Part shown: positions 43,138 through 58,271 of the stretch, piece by piece | Position numbering within the stretch: the first letter of the stretch is position 1 | How the letters are laid out: each line of letters starts with the position of its first letter | Source: Bigelowiella natans CCMP2755 | Lineage: Eukaryota > Protista > Cercozoa | DNA length: 62,091 nt | Assembly: GCA_000320545.1 (NCBI GenBank) | Contig: ADNK01000947.1 | Span: forward strand, 1-62,091 | Direction of reading: 5' to 3' | Position numbers and translations under genes: made by a program | The notes under the pieces: generated by a model | The model's input: only the letters and a program-made list of their open reading frames with translations | What the model was told of the DNA's origin: nothing | The model's database searches: none

Positions 43138-45337
43138 GAATGAATGAATGAATGAATGAATCACCTCTGGCTGACAGCTTTTCCCATTACCACGGGTACA
43201 TTTGCCCCTACAGCTGCTTTCAGGGCTCCTCTCATCAGAAATGGCCCTTGCTCAAGATGCGTGATTAGCTTGAATCTTCGATCGAGCTGTATGTATGTAG
43301 TCGGCGTATTGTGTGTATATTGCGGTCAATGGTATATGACAACGATGATGATGATATTGAGGATTATATTGATGATTAAAATGTATTTTAGTGATTAATA
43401 ATAACTAATGGTAGCAATACAACAGCAGCAACAACAACAACAGATGCGAATGATACTAGTGATGAAAAATTGGACAACGAAGAGAATATGATATAACCAC
43501 ATATTAACAAAAATCCTCCTTCTCTTTGACATGGTGTAGTATTACCTGCTCTTTTGTATGATTTCTCAAGCCTATTAATAACTTTCGATAGTTATCGCTC
43601 ATCTCGCCCCCTCTGCCATCATCATCATCATCATCATCATCATCATTATCATCAAATCATCATCTTTCCTGGCCTCCTCCTCCAGCTCTTGGCTGCTGTG
43701 TCATTATTATCATCTAATGCTACCCTCTATATATGTGCATATGTGCTGTATGCGTACAGATTTAGATCATGCAATTTCCTCTCCCCTTCTCTCCTCAACT
43801 AAGTCACAATGGGGTCCTCTTAAAGTCGTTATTTGTTACTACGGCTGCTGCTAGACTATGATGATTCACCTGGAATGATGGTTGTGTTGTAGAAGTAGTC
43901 CCTCAGGGCGATGATGATAGGATACAACAGACACTCCAAGTGATCTAAGGAGGTGGAGGAGGACAGTGATAGTAGTAGTAGTAGTAGTAAGAGTAGTACT
44001 TGTTGTAGTAGTAGTAGTAGCGTTATAAGTTTATTATAACATCACAAATAATGTTTCCCCTCCTCCTCCTATTCACTTCTTGGGTGTGCTTAGAGTGATA
44101 GTCATTCTTTTGTTTTCTTACGTTGTATTACAAAATTGAGCACATTAATTTTCGTAGTTGTTTCCTCCTTGAAAGGAATGTAATTATGTACCTCACTTGT
44201 AGATTGATGATAACGGTGTATCCTCCCCCTCCTCCTCCTCTTTCCTCGTCACTAGAAGTACCACTTTTGCTAATATTGCTAGAAGTAGTAGCAGCAGCAG
44301 CAGCAATAATGTTGTCATCTTTCCCTACTAGTCCTCCTCCTCCTTCTTCTTCTTCTTCTTCTTCTTCCTCTTCCGGTCTTTTTCTTCTTCTTCTTCCTAA
44401 ACTTGCTGCTGTTGTAGTAATTTCTTCTCTATGCTTCTGCAGCCATTCACCCTGTCAATCATAGTATTAGCACCAGAAACAACAACGACGAGACAATACA
44501 ACAACTATCATGATCTAATTAGCTACTTACTTTCCTTTATTATCTTCTCATTATATTTTTATATTCTCCGACATTATAATAATAATAATAAAATAATAAT
44601 AATAATAATAATAATAATAGTGATCATCATCATCATCATCGTGATAGAGAGCTGCTGCCAACAGTTATAGTACTACTTTCATGTCTCCATCATAGCTGCT
44701 GACAGCTTCTTCTTTTTCTTCTTCTTCTTCTTCTTCTTCTTCTTCTTCTTCTACTACTACTACTATCACTACTGCTAATACCTTTATCGAAGCTACATGC
44801 TCCAAAAGTGGAGAATCCGAGGAAGAAGAAGCATCGATTTTGATGACATCAACGTGGTGTAGGGGAAACATGACCTCTCCCTTAAAAGCAAGGACCAAGA
44901 AGAAGAAGAAGAAGACATAACGTATGAAAAGAAAGATTGTTTATTGGGATTGATGATAAGATTACAGAATACAAAAAGTAACCGTATACATACGCATCAA
45001 TGAAATGCACTATGAGAATATGCTCGATTTTTAGATGATGATGATAATTAATGATGGTAATGATGATGATGATAAATAATAGTACCGCAGGTTGTTTCTT
45101 ACGATCTTGAAGATAAGTCTTAGACCTTACCAGTACCTATTATCCGTCGTTGTTGCAGTAGCGGTAGTACATAATATATATTATATTATACACATAATTG
45201 TAGTATGCAAGGAGGACAATGAGCAGGAGGAGGAGGGTGCTAGTCGTGAGCCATCGTCCCCAAACACAATATAATTATAATTATCTATTATTACTACTAG
45301 TACATTCTCAAGCGGAGGAGCTGACCAATTTCCCCAG

Positions 45338-45369
<32 letters not shown>

Positions 45370-45435
45370 AAATCAACATATAATGATGATGATCACTACT
45401 ACTACTACTACTACAATTAGTCGTAAGAGGAGGAA

Positions 45436-45475
<40 letters not shown>

Positions 45476-45905
45476 ATCGTCACATTAAGAAAGGAATATC
45501 GTGATATCACATGCAAGACTATTACAGTGAAACCCTGCTACTTATTCGTTCGAGTATCAAATCCAGCAACATGGTGGTGGTGGTGGTGATGATGATGATG
45601 ATGATGATGCTCAGGAAATATACTAATAAATACACAACAATAGCATTCTGATGACCTCCTTTTGAAGTGGTGACAACAGCTTCGATGGTGGTGATGATGA
45701 TGATGATGAGGATGATGAATTCGTGGTAAGTACATCTTTCTCTTCTCGCTGGAATAACTTTTGTTGTTGTTGTTGTTGTTGTTGCTGTTGTTGTTGTATT
45801 AGGCGGTGAACAGTTCCTGTGTCTACTTTCTGGCGAAGGCAGTAGCAGTAGTAGTAGTATAAGTAGTAGTAGTATAAGTAGTAGTGGTATAAGTAGTAGT
45901 GGTAT

Positions 45906-45940
<35 letters not shown>

Positions 45941-46183
45941 AATGATGGTTGTGGAAATGGGTATCACACATAAATGATGATGTTCATTTTGTACGGCTAT
46001 CCACCTCTACTACTACTATTGTGTACCGTTGTTTTGCATTCTCTGCTACTTTAACTACTGCTTCTACTACTATAACTACTACTACTACTACTACTACTAC
46101 TATCACCAGCAGCAGTACTAAGTAGTAACTTTTGATTTTAGTTCTATACACCACCGCTATGACAATAATGGTATTGCTAAGCG

Positions 46184-46237
<54 letters not shown>

Positions 46238-46607
46238 TACCCGATTATGGTTGATTTTGCTGGTAATAGGACTGGAGTGTGTAAAAGTAGTAGTAGTAGT
46301 AGTAGTCTTTGATGATGCGGTTGCTTGATGATGATTATGGCTGCTAGCGGTGGTGGATACAGATTCCTGCATTATTAGTAACATTACGAGTAGTGATGCG
46401 TGACAAGTAAGTAAATGATACCACAAAAGCATGCCATTATGGTGATGGTGGTGATGTAGGTCGAATCGCCCAAATTATAACCCAATGTTCCCCGTAGTAG
46501 TTACAGTGATTGCTATATCATATTCATGGAGAGCGAAAAAATGCTCTTTAAGCGTTATAGTCATCATTGTCTCATTGTATCATTTATCAGTAGTCATGCC
46601 CATTATT

Positions 46608-46654
<47 letters not shown>

Positions 46655-47400
46655 ACCGTTTCAGTAATACATTTAAGTGTTGTTATAATGTTTGTTCGAG
46701 TACATAAATACAACCTCATTATCTTTGGTGCCTTGATTAAGGATACTACTAGAAGGGGATGGAGGAGGACTGCCACCAATCATGCCATCATAGTGACTAT
46801 GATGATGATGACCATAACCCGGATAGAGCGGTCTAGGAACAACAATATTAAGTAATAATAGTTATTAAAAAGCAGGCTACGACGGACGACGGGTGTATGC
46901 ATGTTTCCCCCCCACTATATCCTGCTGGTGTGACAAACCTCAGTGAAAAATCTTGGTTAAGTGTTGTGATTAATGCTGCGATGAGGAGGAGGGTGGATGA
47001 AGGTAGAATATTGTCCCATCGTTTTCTGAATCTATGCTGCATCAGGAGGCTTCTAATCCTTCCTCTTCCTCTGCTCCGGGTGATTGGTCGCATACCGTCT
47101 ACTCCGCGGGAGGAATAGGGTAGTTGGCACTTCTTCTACTCGATGTATATGGTGTAATATGGGTGAGTGGTGTGTTGTGAGTGTCCTCCCTCCTCCCTTT
47201 CCTTTCTCTTTCTGCAATACTAACAGTTTACGAGAGGATGGATTAATATCCAAACAGGTAGTAGATAGTAGATAGTAGTAGTATTAAGGGTGGGGGGCAT
47301 GCATGACATGCTTCTTACATTCAAGTGTAGTAAGTAAGTACCAGATCCTTTTCTTGCTTACGACAAGCACAATTCCGTTGACGTAACTCATAAATGCCCT
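41081..47400 (-). CDS. EDR2 C-terminal (DUF1336) domain protein; 5' part unresolved
   Basis: Ordered spliced motifs: GNWSAPPLEN|VLVRSKTYLQDRKKQPA (45345-45085), FPLHHVDVIKID..LLEHVA, DYFYNTTIIPG, LDRRFKLITHLEQGPFLMRGALKAAVGANVPVVMGKAVSQR|YFFGKDYMEVDVE|VDTSIIAKGILKIAS|MFISSVVVDMVWVLEGK|NVQELPEKAMCAVRLG; stop TGA at 41083-41081. Confidence 0.85.
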
Positions 47401-47684
47401 ATTATTACTATTATTTATTACTGCTGCAACTACTGCATACAACACTTTGAATGGGTCCTCCACCATCATCATGAAGAAGCTCACGTAGAAGAAGAAGAAG
47501 AAGAAGAAGAAGAAGAAGAAGAAGAAGGAGAAGAATGGGTGACTACTTCAACTATTACAGGGCGGCAGTAGCAGCCTACAGCTTAGCCTAAAACAGATCG
47601 TCACAGTAGTGAGCTACACCAGGCAGGAGGTAGGCAACTTCTTTCTCTCACTTGCATTAGCTCATCAATCCAAGACATGTTTCG

Positions 47685-48236
47685 ATGATGGATCGTGATG
47701 TCTCTGAGCTCAACCCTTCCACACCCAAAACCGTGAGTGACTTAATTGTTTCTTTCAGAGGCTACTGCCATTACCACAGATGGAGGGGGAGGGGCTCGGG
47801 GTGGATAGCGTAGAATTCAAGAAGTGCGTCGTCACGGGAGAAGAAACTCATGGGCAAAATACAGAGGAGCTGAAGTGTGGTGGTGGTGGTGGAAAACGCA
47901 ATGATGATGAATGCAAGAAGCAATTACAAGAGGATGAAGGGGGGGGAGAAGAACACAAAGAACATAAAGACGGAGAAGATCATGAACACGAATATCAGGA
48001 GCAGCGGCAACAAGCGGGGGGTGAAGTGGGGAAACTATTCGGTAAAATCGGCAGCATAGGTGTCGGTAGCAGTATCAGTGCAAGTGCAGAGGTGATCTCC
48101 ACACTCATCGGGCAATCCTCCTCCTCCTCCTCCTCCTCCTCCTCCTCCTCCTTGCCCTCCAGCAATACATTTGCTTCTGCTGCTAGTGACATCGTCAAAT
48201 CTGCTGGTAGAAGTACTGCTACTACTGCAACTACTG

Positions 48237-48279
<43 letters not shown>

Positions 48280-48917
48280 GACGATGGGTCTCGAAGAAAT
48301 GATGAGCATCATGCGTCTCAAACCACTAGCCAGTCCTCCTCCTCCTATCCTGCAGCATCACGATGACGTCAATGCTCAACTCAGTAAGATATACACAGCA
48401 GCAGAAGCCATTTTCATTATGAAACAGACTTACATGCATTCTGCAGAACATCATAAAAATACATACATCCATCATTCTGCAACACATTCATAACATTATG
48501 TTTCTTGTCCACACATAATGAGAAGAAGAACCATCATAAGGCATTGTGAGTAATAATAATAATATGGAAATATGATAATAAGGAGGGAAAATAACATTAA
48601 CACGTTGGTGGTGAGGGTATTATTATGGACTCGTAGATAGCAGCTAGAGAATCAATCAATACCCTAATGTTGGCTACTACTACCACTACTACTTTTTTTA
48701 TGCTGGTGGTGCTGGTACTTCAGAGAATGAATATAAGGACGGTGACGTTGATCATCCATCCGCTAGTCGTCGTGTGTTGGGAATCATTACTATAATCAGA
48801 GAGATATTGAGTTGTATCCCTACATCAGATCTTCTTCCATTGAGAATGGTAGTAACAATAGATGATGATTATGATAATGATGATGATGATGGTAAGACTA
48901 ATGCGGTCAAATGGTTG

Positions 48918-48955
<38 letters not shown>

Positions 48956-49021
48956 TATACCATCATTATTATTATTATGTAATGATTATTTGCATTGTTG
49001 ATAAGTTACTCATTCGATAAG

Positions 49022-49063
<42 letters not shown>

Positions 49064-49167
49064 GTCTGCAAAAAGTGGAACAAATGTACACATCTCGAGC
49101 TTTGTAGCAGGAAGAGAATATCAGAATGCCGTTTAAGGATGACAGCAGCTGCAAAGAAGAGGGTAGT

Positions 49168-49205
<38 letters not shown>

Positions 49206-49428
49206 TAGATGGTGCTTCATTACATATACTATGATCTTCACCCACCATCCTAGTGAGTTAACGGGGCAGTAGTTCTAGTAGTTAGATAGTAATAAACAAA
49301 ACATCCAGTAGAGATTTCTTTCTTTTATTATTATTATTATTATTATTTAAATTATTATTGTACGCTCTGTGGTGTGTGTCTATTTCGTCGGGATACTGGT
49401 GGTTAGGTAGGTAGGTGTTACAGCTCTT

Positions 49429-49468
<40 letters not shown>

Positions 49469-51238
49469 GTCTTGACTTGTGCCGCTGTACTTAAGGTTCC
49501 CATTTCCTCACATTACTACTACTTCTAATACTACTGCTGCTGCTGCTACTCTAATTTGCTGGCTCAGGAAGAACACAGGGAAAACGTTGAATTACAACTG
49601 CAGTATGTTTGAATGGATGAATTAGAAAGAGAGAGAGAGAGAGAGAGAGAGAGTAAATACAACAAGATATGTTAAAAGCTTGTGATAGGGAGACCAACTA
49701 CTGTTACCACTACTAATACTAATACTACTACTGCTACATATGTATGTGAGGTGGGTGAGTAGGGAGGGAGAGAAGGAGCAACATCATATGAAGATAGATA
49801 GATACCGTGATATTGACTTTATTTGATGATGAATGTACAATATATTTTGATGATAAATTAGTATAACTTTGATGATGAATTAGTACAATATACAGGGCGT
49901 TCTATGACGCGAGAGCAAGAGCAATCAAGGGCAATCGGGATAGAAATCGGGTGGTCCGATACTTAGTTACATGCGAGGAATAGGGATAGACGAAGAAGAA
50001 GAAGAAGAAGAAGAAGAAGAAGAAGAGGAGATCCATTCTGCAAATGTCTTCTTCTTCTTCTTCTTCTTCTTCTTCTTCTTCTCACACACCACATTTATTC
50101 CTTTACCCAAACAATCACGCTCCTAATACTATTTTGGGTTAACAATTGTTTATTCGTATGTGAGGTAGTACTACATATTTCTTGTGTGTGTGTGTGATGT
50201 GATTACATAATACTGCAAATACTCACCAGCGCAATCGTCATCATTTTTCTCTCATGATTAACGAAGACAAGCATCATCGATATCATCCTCCCCTCTTCCT
50301 CCTCCTCCTCCTCCTCCTCCTCCTCCTCCTCCTTTTGAGTGATACAACAAGCATATATTATGATTTCAGTATGAGGAAGATTGTCGTCAACATGCAAATC
50401 GAGTAGAAGGAGATCGAGGTAGCATTCAAGGAGGAGGCAGTACCGGGTAAATATATATCCTGAATAATATGTAAGGGCAAACACCAGCATCTCTATATCG
50501 TAAGAACAACCATCATATATGTTTTATCATATTCAACGTAGTATGTGGGGTGGTGCTTACATTGCTCGCTGTTCTGTTGCACCATAATATATCATACTTT
50601 GTCGTCGTCATGCGCCTTCTTCGTCACGATGTTGTTCACATTATTCCATTCAAAGCAGCAGTAATTGCCTACTACTACTACTACTTCCACGATGTTGTAA
50701 ATTATTACATTAAAGCATTTGGGTACTACTACTACTACTACTACTACCACTGCTACTACTACTACTACGACTACTACTAGTACTACTTTGCATCTGCTCA
50801 TAAGTGTGTTGCATGAGAAAGAGTAGTAGTAGTAGTAGTAGTTGTTGTAGTAGTAGTTGTAGTAGGAACAGCCATTATAGATAAACTAATGTGTATCTTG
50901 TAGGAGTCATCATCATCATCAGCAGCAGCAGCAGCAAAGGAATAATGGTAAAAGAAGTAGTAGTAGAAGTAGTGAGTTGGTACTGGCCATATCACGTGCA
51001 ACATCGATGATTCCTCCCAACGTTCTTGCTCAAGCTCCTCCAGAGCGTATGAAGATATTAGTAGCAGCTTTGAATGCTGCAGCGCAAAGGAAACAAAGGC
51101 TGCAACAACATCAACCAAGTCATAATCATAATCATCATCATGATTTTGACAACAAATCTTCACCGTATGGAAGTAGCAGCAGCAAGCCAGGTAGTGGATG
51201 TGATGATGATGATGGAGACACAAAGAATATGAGCATAG

Positions 51239-51274
<36 letters not shown>

Positions 51275-52025
51275 TTTGTGCAGGAAAGGAAGCTGTTACA
51301 GTTGTTCAGTCAAACAGAGGCATAAATGGTGAAGATAATATCAATAGAGGGGAAGGAGGCGCTGTGATTCAGCAGCAACAACAACAACAGCAGCAGACTA
51401 CTACTACTAGTAGTAGTAGTAGTAGTAAGAGTAGTAATAGTGTTGCATTAGGAAGGACCAGTAAGGCGTCTAAAGCAAGCGATTTGCTTCAGGTATTATT
51501 ATGCACTATTACTAGCACTGCTGCATGCTGCATGCTGCTACACATTCGTCGTATGAGTGCTTGTATCCAACTACTACTCATACTATCTTCCAACATGTAA
51601 CTATTACTTACTATACTACTAATTACGGCCTACTTAAAGGCGTGAGTTACTACTAATAGCTGTAACTACTACAAACGTATGTTGTTATTATTATTATTAT
51701 TATTATTGTTATTATTATCATTATTATTATTACACAGCCAAACACTTATTACTTTGCAAGTTGAGTTCTCTGACAGCAGCGTTCTCTGTTATCATAGAAA
51801 CTTACTGTCAAAGCAGTCCAACAAGAAGATTTCCTTCAAGCGCAGAAGTAAGTACATACATACAAGGCGCTACACCAAGAGAAGGAAGCGAGGGGAGGGG
51901 GGGGGGTTCAGAAGAGTGTGTGCTTTCGATCGTTTGCTTCATAAAAGCACCTATTGGTATTGTCTTCGCCAAATTTTCAATATCATCAGCTTTCTCGATG
52001 TCTGATTATAGATACGTGTATGTAC

Positions 52026-52095
<70 letters not shown>

Positions 52096-52368
52096 CTGCA
52101 CAGGTTGAAAGAATTACGAATCCGACTATGTCAAATGAGGGAGGTCATTAATGAGGCAATTGCAAAGGAAGAGGTAAAGAAGATGTAAAAAGAAGAAGAA
52201 GTAGAAGGAAGAAAATTCCGTACATTTCTTAGTGAAACATTTGCTGTTGCTGCATGTTGCTGTTGCTTTCAGTTTTTAGCAGCGCACAAGGCCAAGCAAG
52301 AGCTGTCAAAGTTCATTGATTCATTATATATGACCACGCTGTCAAAGAAAGAGGAGCACACTACCTGA
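47685..52368 (+). CDS. F-box domain protein with extensive low-complexity regions
   Basis: ATG 47685 exon (donor gtgagt) joins ORF 47780 in frame. F-box motif spans an intron: IIREILSCIPTSDLLPLRM|VCKKWN (~48790-49085). Last exon AAHKAKQELSKFIDSLYMTTLSKKEEHTT* (TGA 52366-52368). Confidence 0.72.
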
Positions 52369-53383
52369 ATGAACATTAATTGTGGAAAGCCGAATTCAAT
52401 ATTCTGACATTACTATTTCGGCAACACAATGAAATGTGTGTAGATGCATCCTCGTAGATTGGTATCCAATCATCCCAGCTTCAACTACAGCATGAAGGCA
52501 TAAAATTGCACATATGATGTAGTAGCAGTGTTTACGTGTGCTAGCGCGTAAAAGTCCCAAAATCGTATAATTCGTCTTCATGGTCTGGTGACAAATGAGC
52601 ACAGCAAGCTGCCTCCAGTCAACGCAGACTTGCAGAACTTCATCTGAATAAACACATCGATCAAAAAAGCATTCATGCCAGAGCAACTAGCATCGGCATG
52701 ATTTCGGCAACATGCTAGCATGGACAAGCGTATTTGCCATGTGACATGAGGCTGTCTAGCTGCGATCCCTCGATCATTGTTGCATCGTTTGATGTTTCAT
52801 GCTAGCATGCATTGCATGTCGCATCAGCATAAACAATGATGTGCTACTGTAGTTGCTGCACGAATGCTGTACATTCGAATAAATGCACATTTGATTTGAG
52901 CATTGCGTCGTCTGGCGTTGACATCTAGACATGCAGTGCTAACTGAAAAGAAACCTGCGATTAGTTGTCGACTACATGACACACCACCCACATATACTAG
53001 ACATATCTTGCTAGCTTGTATGTGCCTATAAGAAATCGGTCACTGCCACACATGCACATGGCCACATGCACCAAGCTAACTAGATGCGTGCACAGCACAG
53101 GCAGTCGCAAGTGCGACACAACCATGCTAGTATGTGCATGTGCCATGGTGCATGTCAACGAATAATTCTAGAGCTGTGCTCGACTACGCATTGCTACTCG
53201 ATGGTACGTCTTGCAATAATGGCGGTGAAAAAGAGGAAATTGTTAATTTGTAAAATAAAAAGTCTAAATAGTCCGATTAAGGGCCGAATTCTAAACTGAA
53301 AGGACCAGCAACGCAGATTCACCGTAAACTACAATCATTCCCTTATCTTTTCCCAATATGATTTGATTCACACATTGGTGCCT

Positions 53384-54085
53384 TCATTGTTGCTGTTGCT
53401 GCTGCTGCTGTTCTTGACGGTAATGTGACTTTTCATGTCTTTTCATATTGCTTTTCTGCGAGAAACTCTTCCCACAAGTTTGACAAAGGAATGGCTTTTC
53501 TCCGGTATGTACACGGAGATGAGCTCTCCAATTACCCTACAACAATTCAGTGTACATAAATGAAGACAAACGGACAATTATCACAACTTAAGCGATATTC
53601 TGCATCATCACTTGTTCTAGTATACAACTCATCTACAACTACTTCTTCTTTTTCTTCTTATATTGATGACATGGAAACTTGCTTTAGAACACCAAAGAAG
53701 ACAGACAGTACGACAAAGAACGTATGAAAACCATGAGGATATGTGTGTCAGATACATGGATAGATACCTTCTTTGGAAATGTTTTCCCACAGAAATGACA
53801 TTCATGCCGTTGGCGTCCACGTCCTCGAGAACCTCTTTTCATATTAACAGAGAGAGAGAGGGGGGGGGAAGGGGGGGGAGAGAGGGAGAGGTCAGTAGTA
53901 GTGTAATGTCAGTAATCTGAAAGCAACAGTGCAATAATATCGTAGTATGTGGTTACAAAATAGGTTGAAACAATGTAAATAATAAGTGGGTAAAACAGGA
54001 GCAAGAATCAGCAACCAACGAAGTAAACAGTAGTAGTGGGTAGTGGTAGTACTACTAGAAGTGACTAGTATTCTCAAGTGGTTGT

Positions 54086-54119
<34 letters not shown>

Positions 54120-54660
54120 CAACCTGAATAGGAGGAACTCAAGTCCCTTGGAAACACCACTTGTTCTTTTTGCTAACTCTTCCGCATCTTCCTCAACTTG
54201 CTTCTTTAGCTCATCAATATCCTTTTGACCACCGTGAGCTGTAATTGTAGTAGTAGTAGAGAGTTTGGGCAGTAACAAGAAACAAGGGAGGTGGTGGTTG
54301 TGCATGAGTTTCATCGATGACTTTCATCGATAAAAAGAGAATAATGGGGATAATTATGATGACATCCATCTATCGATGATGATGATGATGATGGTGATTA
54401 CTACTACAACCACTATTACTACAACTGCTTTCGATGGGCTAAATGCAGCCGTGATAAACATCAAGGTTGCTGCTATAGGAATGAAAAAGAAGACCTTGCT
54501 GATGCGTGCTGTTGAAGAGAAAAGGAGAACACAATAGCGATGATGATGATGATGATGACGTCTCTGGTGCTATAGTCGCATTATTCAAGTAATGAGCATA
54601 TCATTCTTTTCTCAGAAACGTATTGACTTGTTACTAATGCAATATCTTATTACTTCGACT

Positions 54661-54695
<35 letters not shown>

Positions 54696-54899
54696 CATAA
54701 TAATCATAATTATAATAATAGTGATGGACATCACAAATTGACCCTTTATTCATTTATTTATTTACTACTACTTCTCCATTATTGTTTCGAATTTCGTCGG
54801 CATCATCTTGAATCAATACATTAGATTAATCGTTAAGAATGATTTCTGTATTTCGGAATAAAAGGGACTAATCCAACCTTCAATATGAAATACAAAAGG

Positions 54900-54931
<32 letters not shown>

Positions 54932-56120
54932 TTACTACTACAATTACCTGATACACCTCCATCATGTACCCCATCCTCTCCTCCTCCTCCTCCTCCTCCT
55001 CCTCCTCCTCCTATTGTTTTTTTTTCTATTGCAGCTTCGTGTTGCTGACTTTGTTTGAAAAATTTTGAAGAATAGTTCTCAATGATGTTGTCAATATTAT
55101 TAATATTATCCTTAAGATCCCTTTTATCTTTCAAGTAAGGAGCAGGTGAGCTTTGTGAGTTAATAGAAGATGATGGAGGTGGTTGGTTGGTGGCAGCCAT
55201 CATCTGAAAAGATGGGCAAGATGATGATGAAGAAGAAGAAGAAGAAGAAGAAGAAGATGGAGGAAGAAGACCAAAGGAGAGAGATGGGAATCGAGGTTCA
55301 GATTCACTGATTTGATGTCTTTGTTTCTTCCTTGAGAGAGACTCTAACTTTCTACCGTATGCTGCTGCTACTGCAGACGCACGCGCTGCTGCTTCTTGGG
55401 CTCGTAGCATCTGTCTATGCAGCTTATTAATGCAATCTACATTTTGATCCTGTTGTTGTTCTTCTTTTTGTTGATGTTGTTGTAATTGTCTGAAACTGCT
55501 CTCTAAAGGAGGAGGAGGATGATGAGGAGGAGGAGGACCAGCTTCTGCAGAGGTGGCAGAATAATAACAAGGGGGGGTAAAACAACTAGTGTTGTTGTCG
55601 TTATTACCCCCTCCCTTTATTGTAAATTCCTATTTGTTAAGATGTCGTTATGTTTTTGCGTAATGGCTCGGAATTCATTGTGTGACTACATGATCGGATG
55701 TATCATCTAATTAACTTTATAGCCTTCATATGGAATGGGGGGAGCTAAAGCATGTATGCTTCATCTTGCGTATTGTCCAAATATATAACCATTTTTTAAA
55801 TTAATGGGTGTAACATAATTTCTTCTAAAAGCATTAGTTTATCGTTATAGAAACGCAGTATTATCTTATATATATAGGAGAATGGGAGATAATAATAATA
55901 GTAATAATAAATAATAATAACTGCGAGACAATCTCGTTAAAATACATTCATAATTGCAATACCTGTTGCTTTTGTTTTTGTTGTTGTTGATGATGATGAT
56001 TTTGCTGCGGTGTCGTTGTTGGCGTCGTGATTGGTGCCGTCTTTTTTCTCCTTCTTTTGATATTACTATTATTATGTTGATGAGTAATCTTAGCTATTCT
56101 TTTTTTATTAATATTATTAC

Positions 56121-56153
<33 letters not shown>

Positions 56154-56281
56154 GATGAGTCGTCTTAGCTATTGCAGCAGCCGCAGCAGCAGCCGCGGCA
56201 GCCGCAGCTGGATCCATTCTAAAGGTAATTTGTAGATACTGGGTAAGTAGCGGTATGTTAACCTCCCCTTCACTAGTAGCA

Positions 56282-56313
<32 letters not shown>

Positions 56314-56635
56314 CGTCAATGCTGCTGCTGACGATGATGGGGATGATAATGATAACGAGGGCGACGAAGAAGAGATTGGTGATTTTGACCAAAACGATGA
56401 TCTACTAGATACTGTAGGTAATGCTCCCGATGATGATGATGATGATGACGACGAAGATGATGATGACGATGATGATGGCTTTTGATGTTCACTACATTGT
56501 AGGTGTTGCAAATACAGACTACTATATTCAGAGGAGGACAAATTCTGATAATTGCTTTCTCCAAAATGATGATGCCGATGCTGATTCGGATTACTGGGAC
56601 GTGGTAATAATATATGCGTTTCTTGAAGAGGATAG

Positions 56636-56671
<36 letters not shown>

Positions 56672-57436
56672 CCCTGGGATGATACTTGCATCAGTGGAAT
56701 TTGTTGTCCATGCATGGTACTATAGCTTGACGACTTAATTACAGATGATAATGCAGATGGTGATGATGATGATGATAATGATGATGTAATCGTCCTGGCA
56801 TCCTTGTTGCTTTGTGACTGTTGGTTTATTTCCCCATCAAGATGATGATGATGCTGTTGTCGCTTTTCCTCTTGATTCATCCTTGTAGGCAAGTTCAACG
56901 AAAATCGATGTTTCATATCTGGATTGCCAGAGGCCTTATTACTGAAAATGACTGGTTTGTAGTGCAATGGAAGCAACTAATAAATCATATTTTGTGTGGT
57001 AAAAACAAGAGCAGATCATTATTCAGAAGATAGATACTACTCAACCGAATATACTTCATTATATGCTCGCTGCAATATACCATTAACGACTTGCTTCCTC
57101 TCCATATTCGCCCTTATTGTTTCTATTACTTTTCTTTGCTTCCTCTCCATATTCGCCCTTTATTTCTAGTACTTTTCTTTCTTTCCACTTTCATCTCCCC
57201 CCCCCCCTCCTCCTCCTCATCCTCCTTTTCCTCCTCCTTTTTTTCCTCCATCTATTTGTTGATTTCCCTAAACTCTACTACCTCTGCCACAGGGAGTGTT
57301 TCCAAACTATTTTCTGCTCTATGAGACTATGGTAAGAAGAACATATGTACTACATGTACATCAGCTATTCGAATCAATCAACCATTCAATGAGGAATTCA
57401 ATGTGATATATATATGTATGTGATATATATATGTAT

Positions 57437-57478
<42 letters not shown>

Positions 57479-57755
57479 ATATAAAAAGAATATCACTGCG
57501 TAGTATTTACTACCGCTGCTATCTTAAAGAATATCACTATAAAGTATTACTACCGCTGCTATCCAGGCTCCTACTGTTTCCTCAACCTCATCAAAAACTT
57601 TTTTTGCTGGAGAAGTTCCATCATCATTTTATTTCAATCACAATAACCACCAACTGTTAATGATTGATGAGTTTCCATCATCAATTTATATAAATCGTAA
57701 TAAAACCATAAGCAAGCACTGTGATCATGACTGTACTTAGTGATGGAATAAACTA

Positions 57756-57800
<45 letters not shown>

Positions 57801-58225
57801 CAGTTTTAGCTTACTCATCGTGATAGACTCTCGAGAGATGAAACACGCCACTCCTCTCATGTCTCTAAATCTGATGAGAAGAAGAAGGAAGAGGTAGTTT
57901 GAATGTAGGAGGATGGTGAATGATCATGATTAACAAATGACAACAACGGCCAAGTTTGTTATCTTGCTGCTCAATATGTATACCATCACAATCATCGTCA
58001 TCATCATCAATATCATTGATATCCTTTTGTTGTATTGGTTATCGTGAATAATACCTATCACCAAGCTCTGATATTCTTGCTTGAACCGCAACCGCAGTGC
58101 GAACACCGCATTCTTGCGCCATTACCTGATGCGAAAATAGTAAGTTAGTTGTTGTCGGATTAAGAAAGGGGCTGCTACTATCTAGCATTACTTATAATTG
58201 AACGAATTGATCACTTGTAGTGATC

Positions 58226-58271
<46 letters not shown>

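Noticed and set aside
47590-47700. PH-domain-like SWIDELMQV on the minus strand as N-terminus of the EDR2-like gene
   Set aside because: It overlaps the better-supported first exon/promoter of the + strand F-box gene, and no other PH motifs appear in the correct order.
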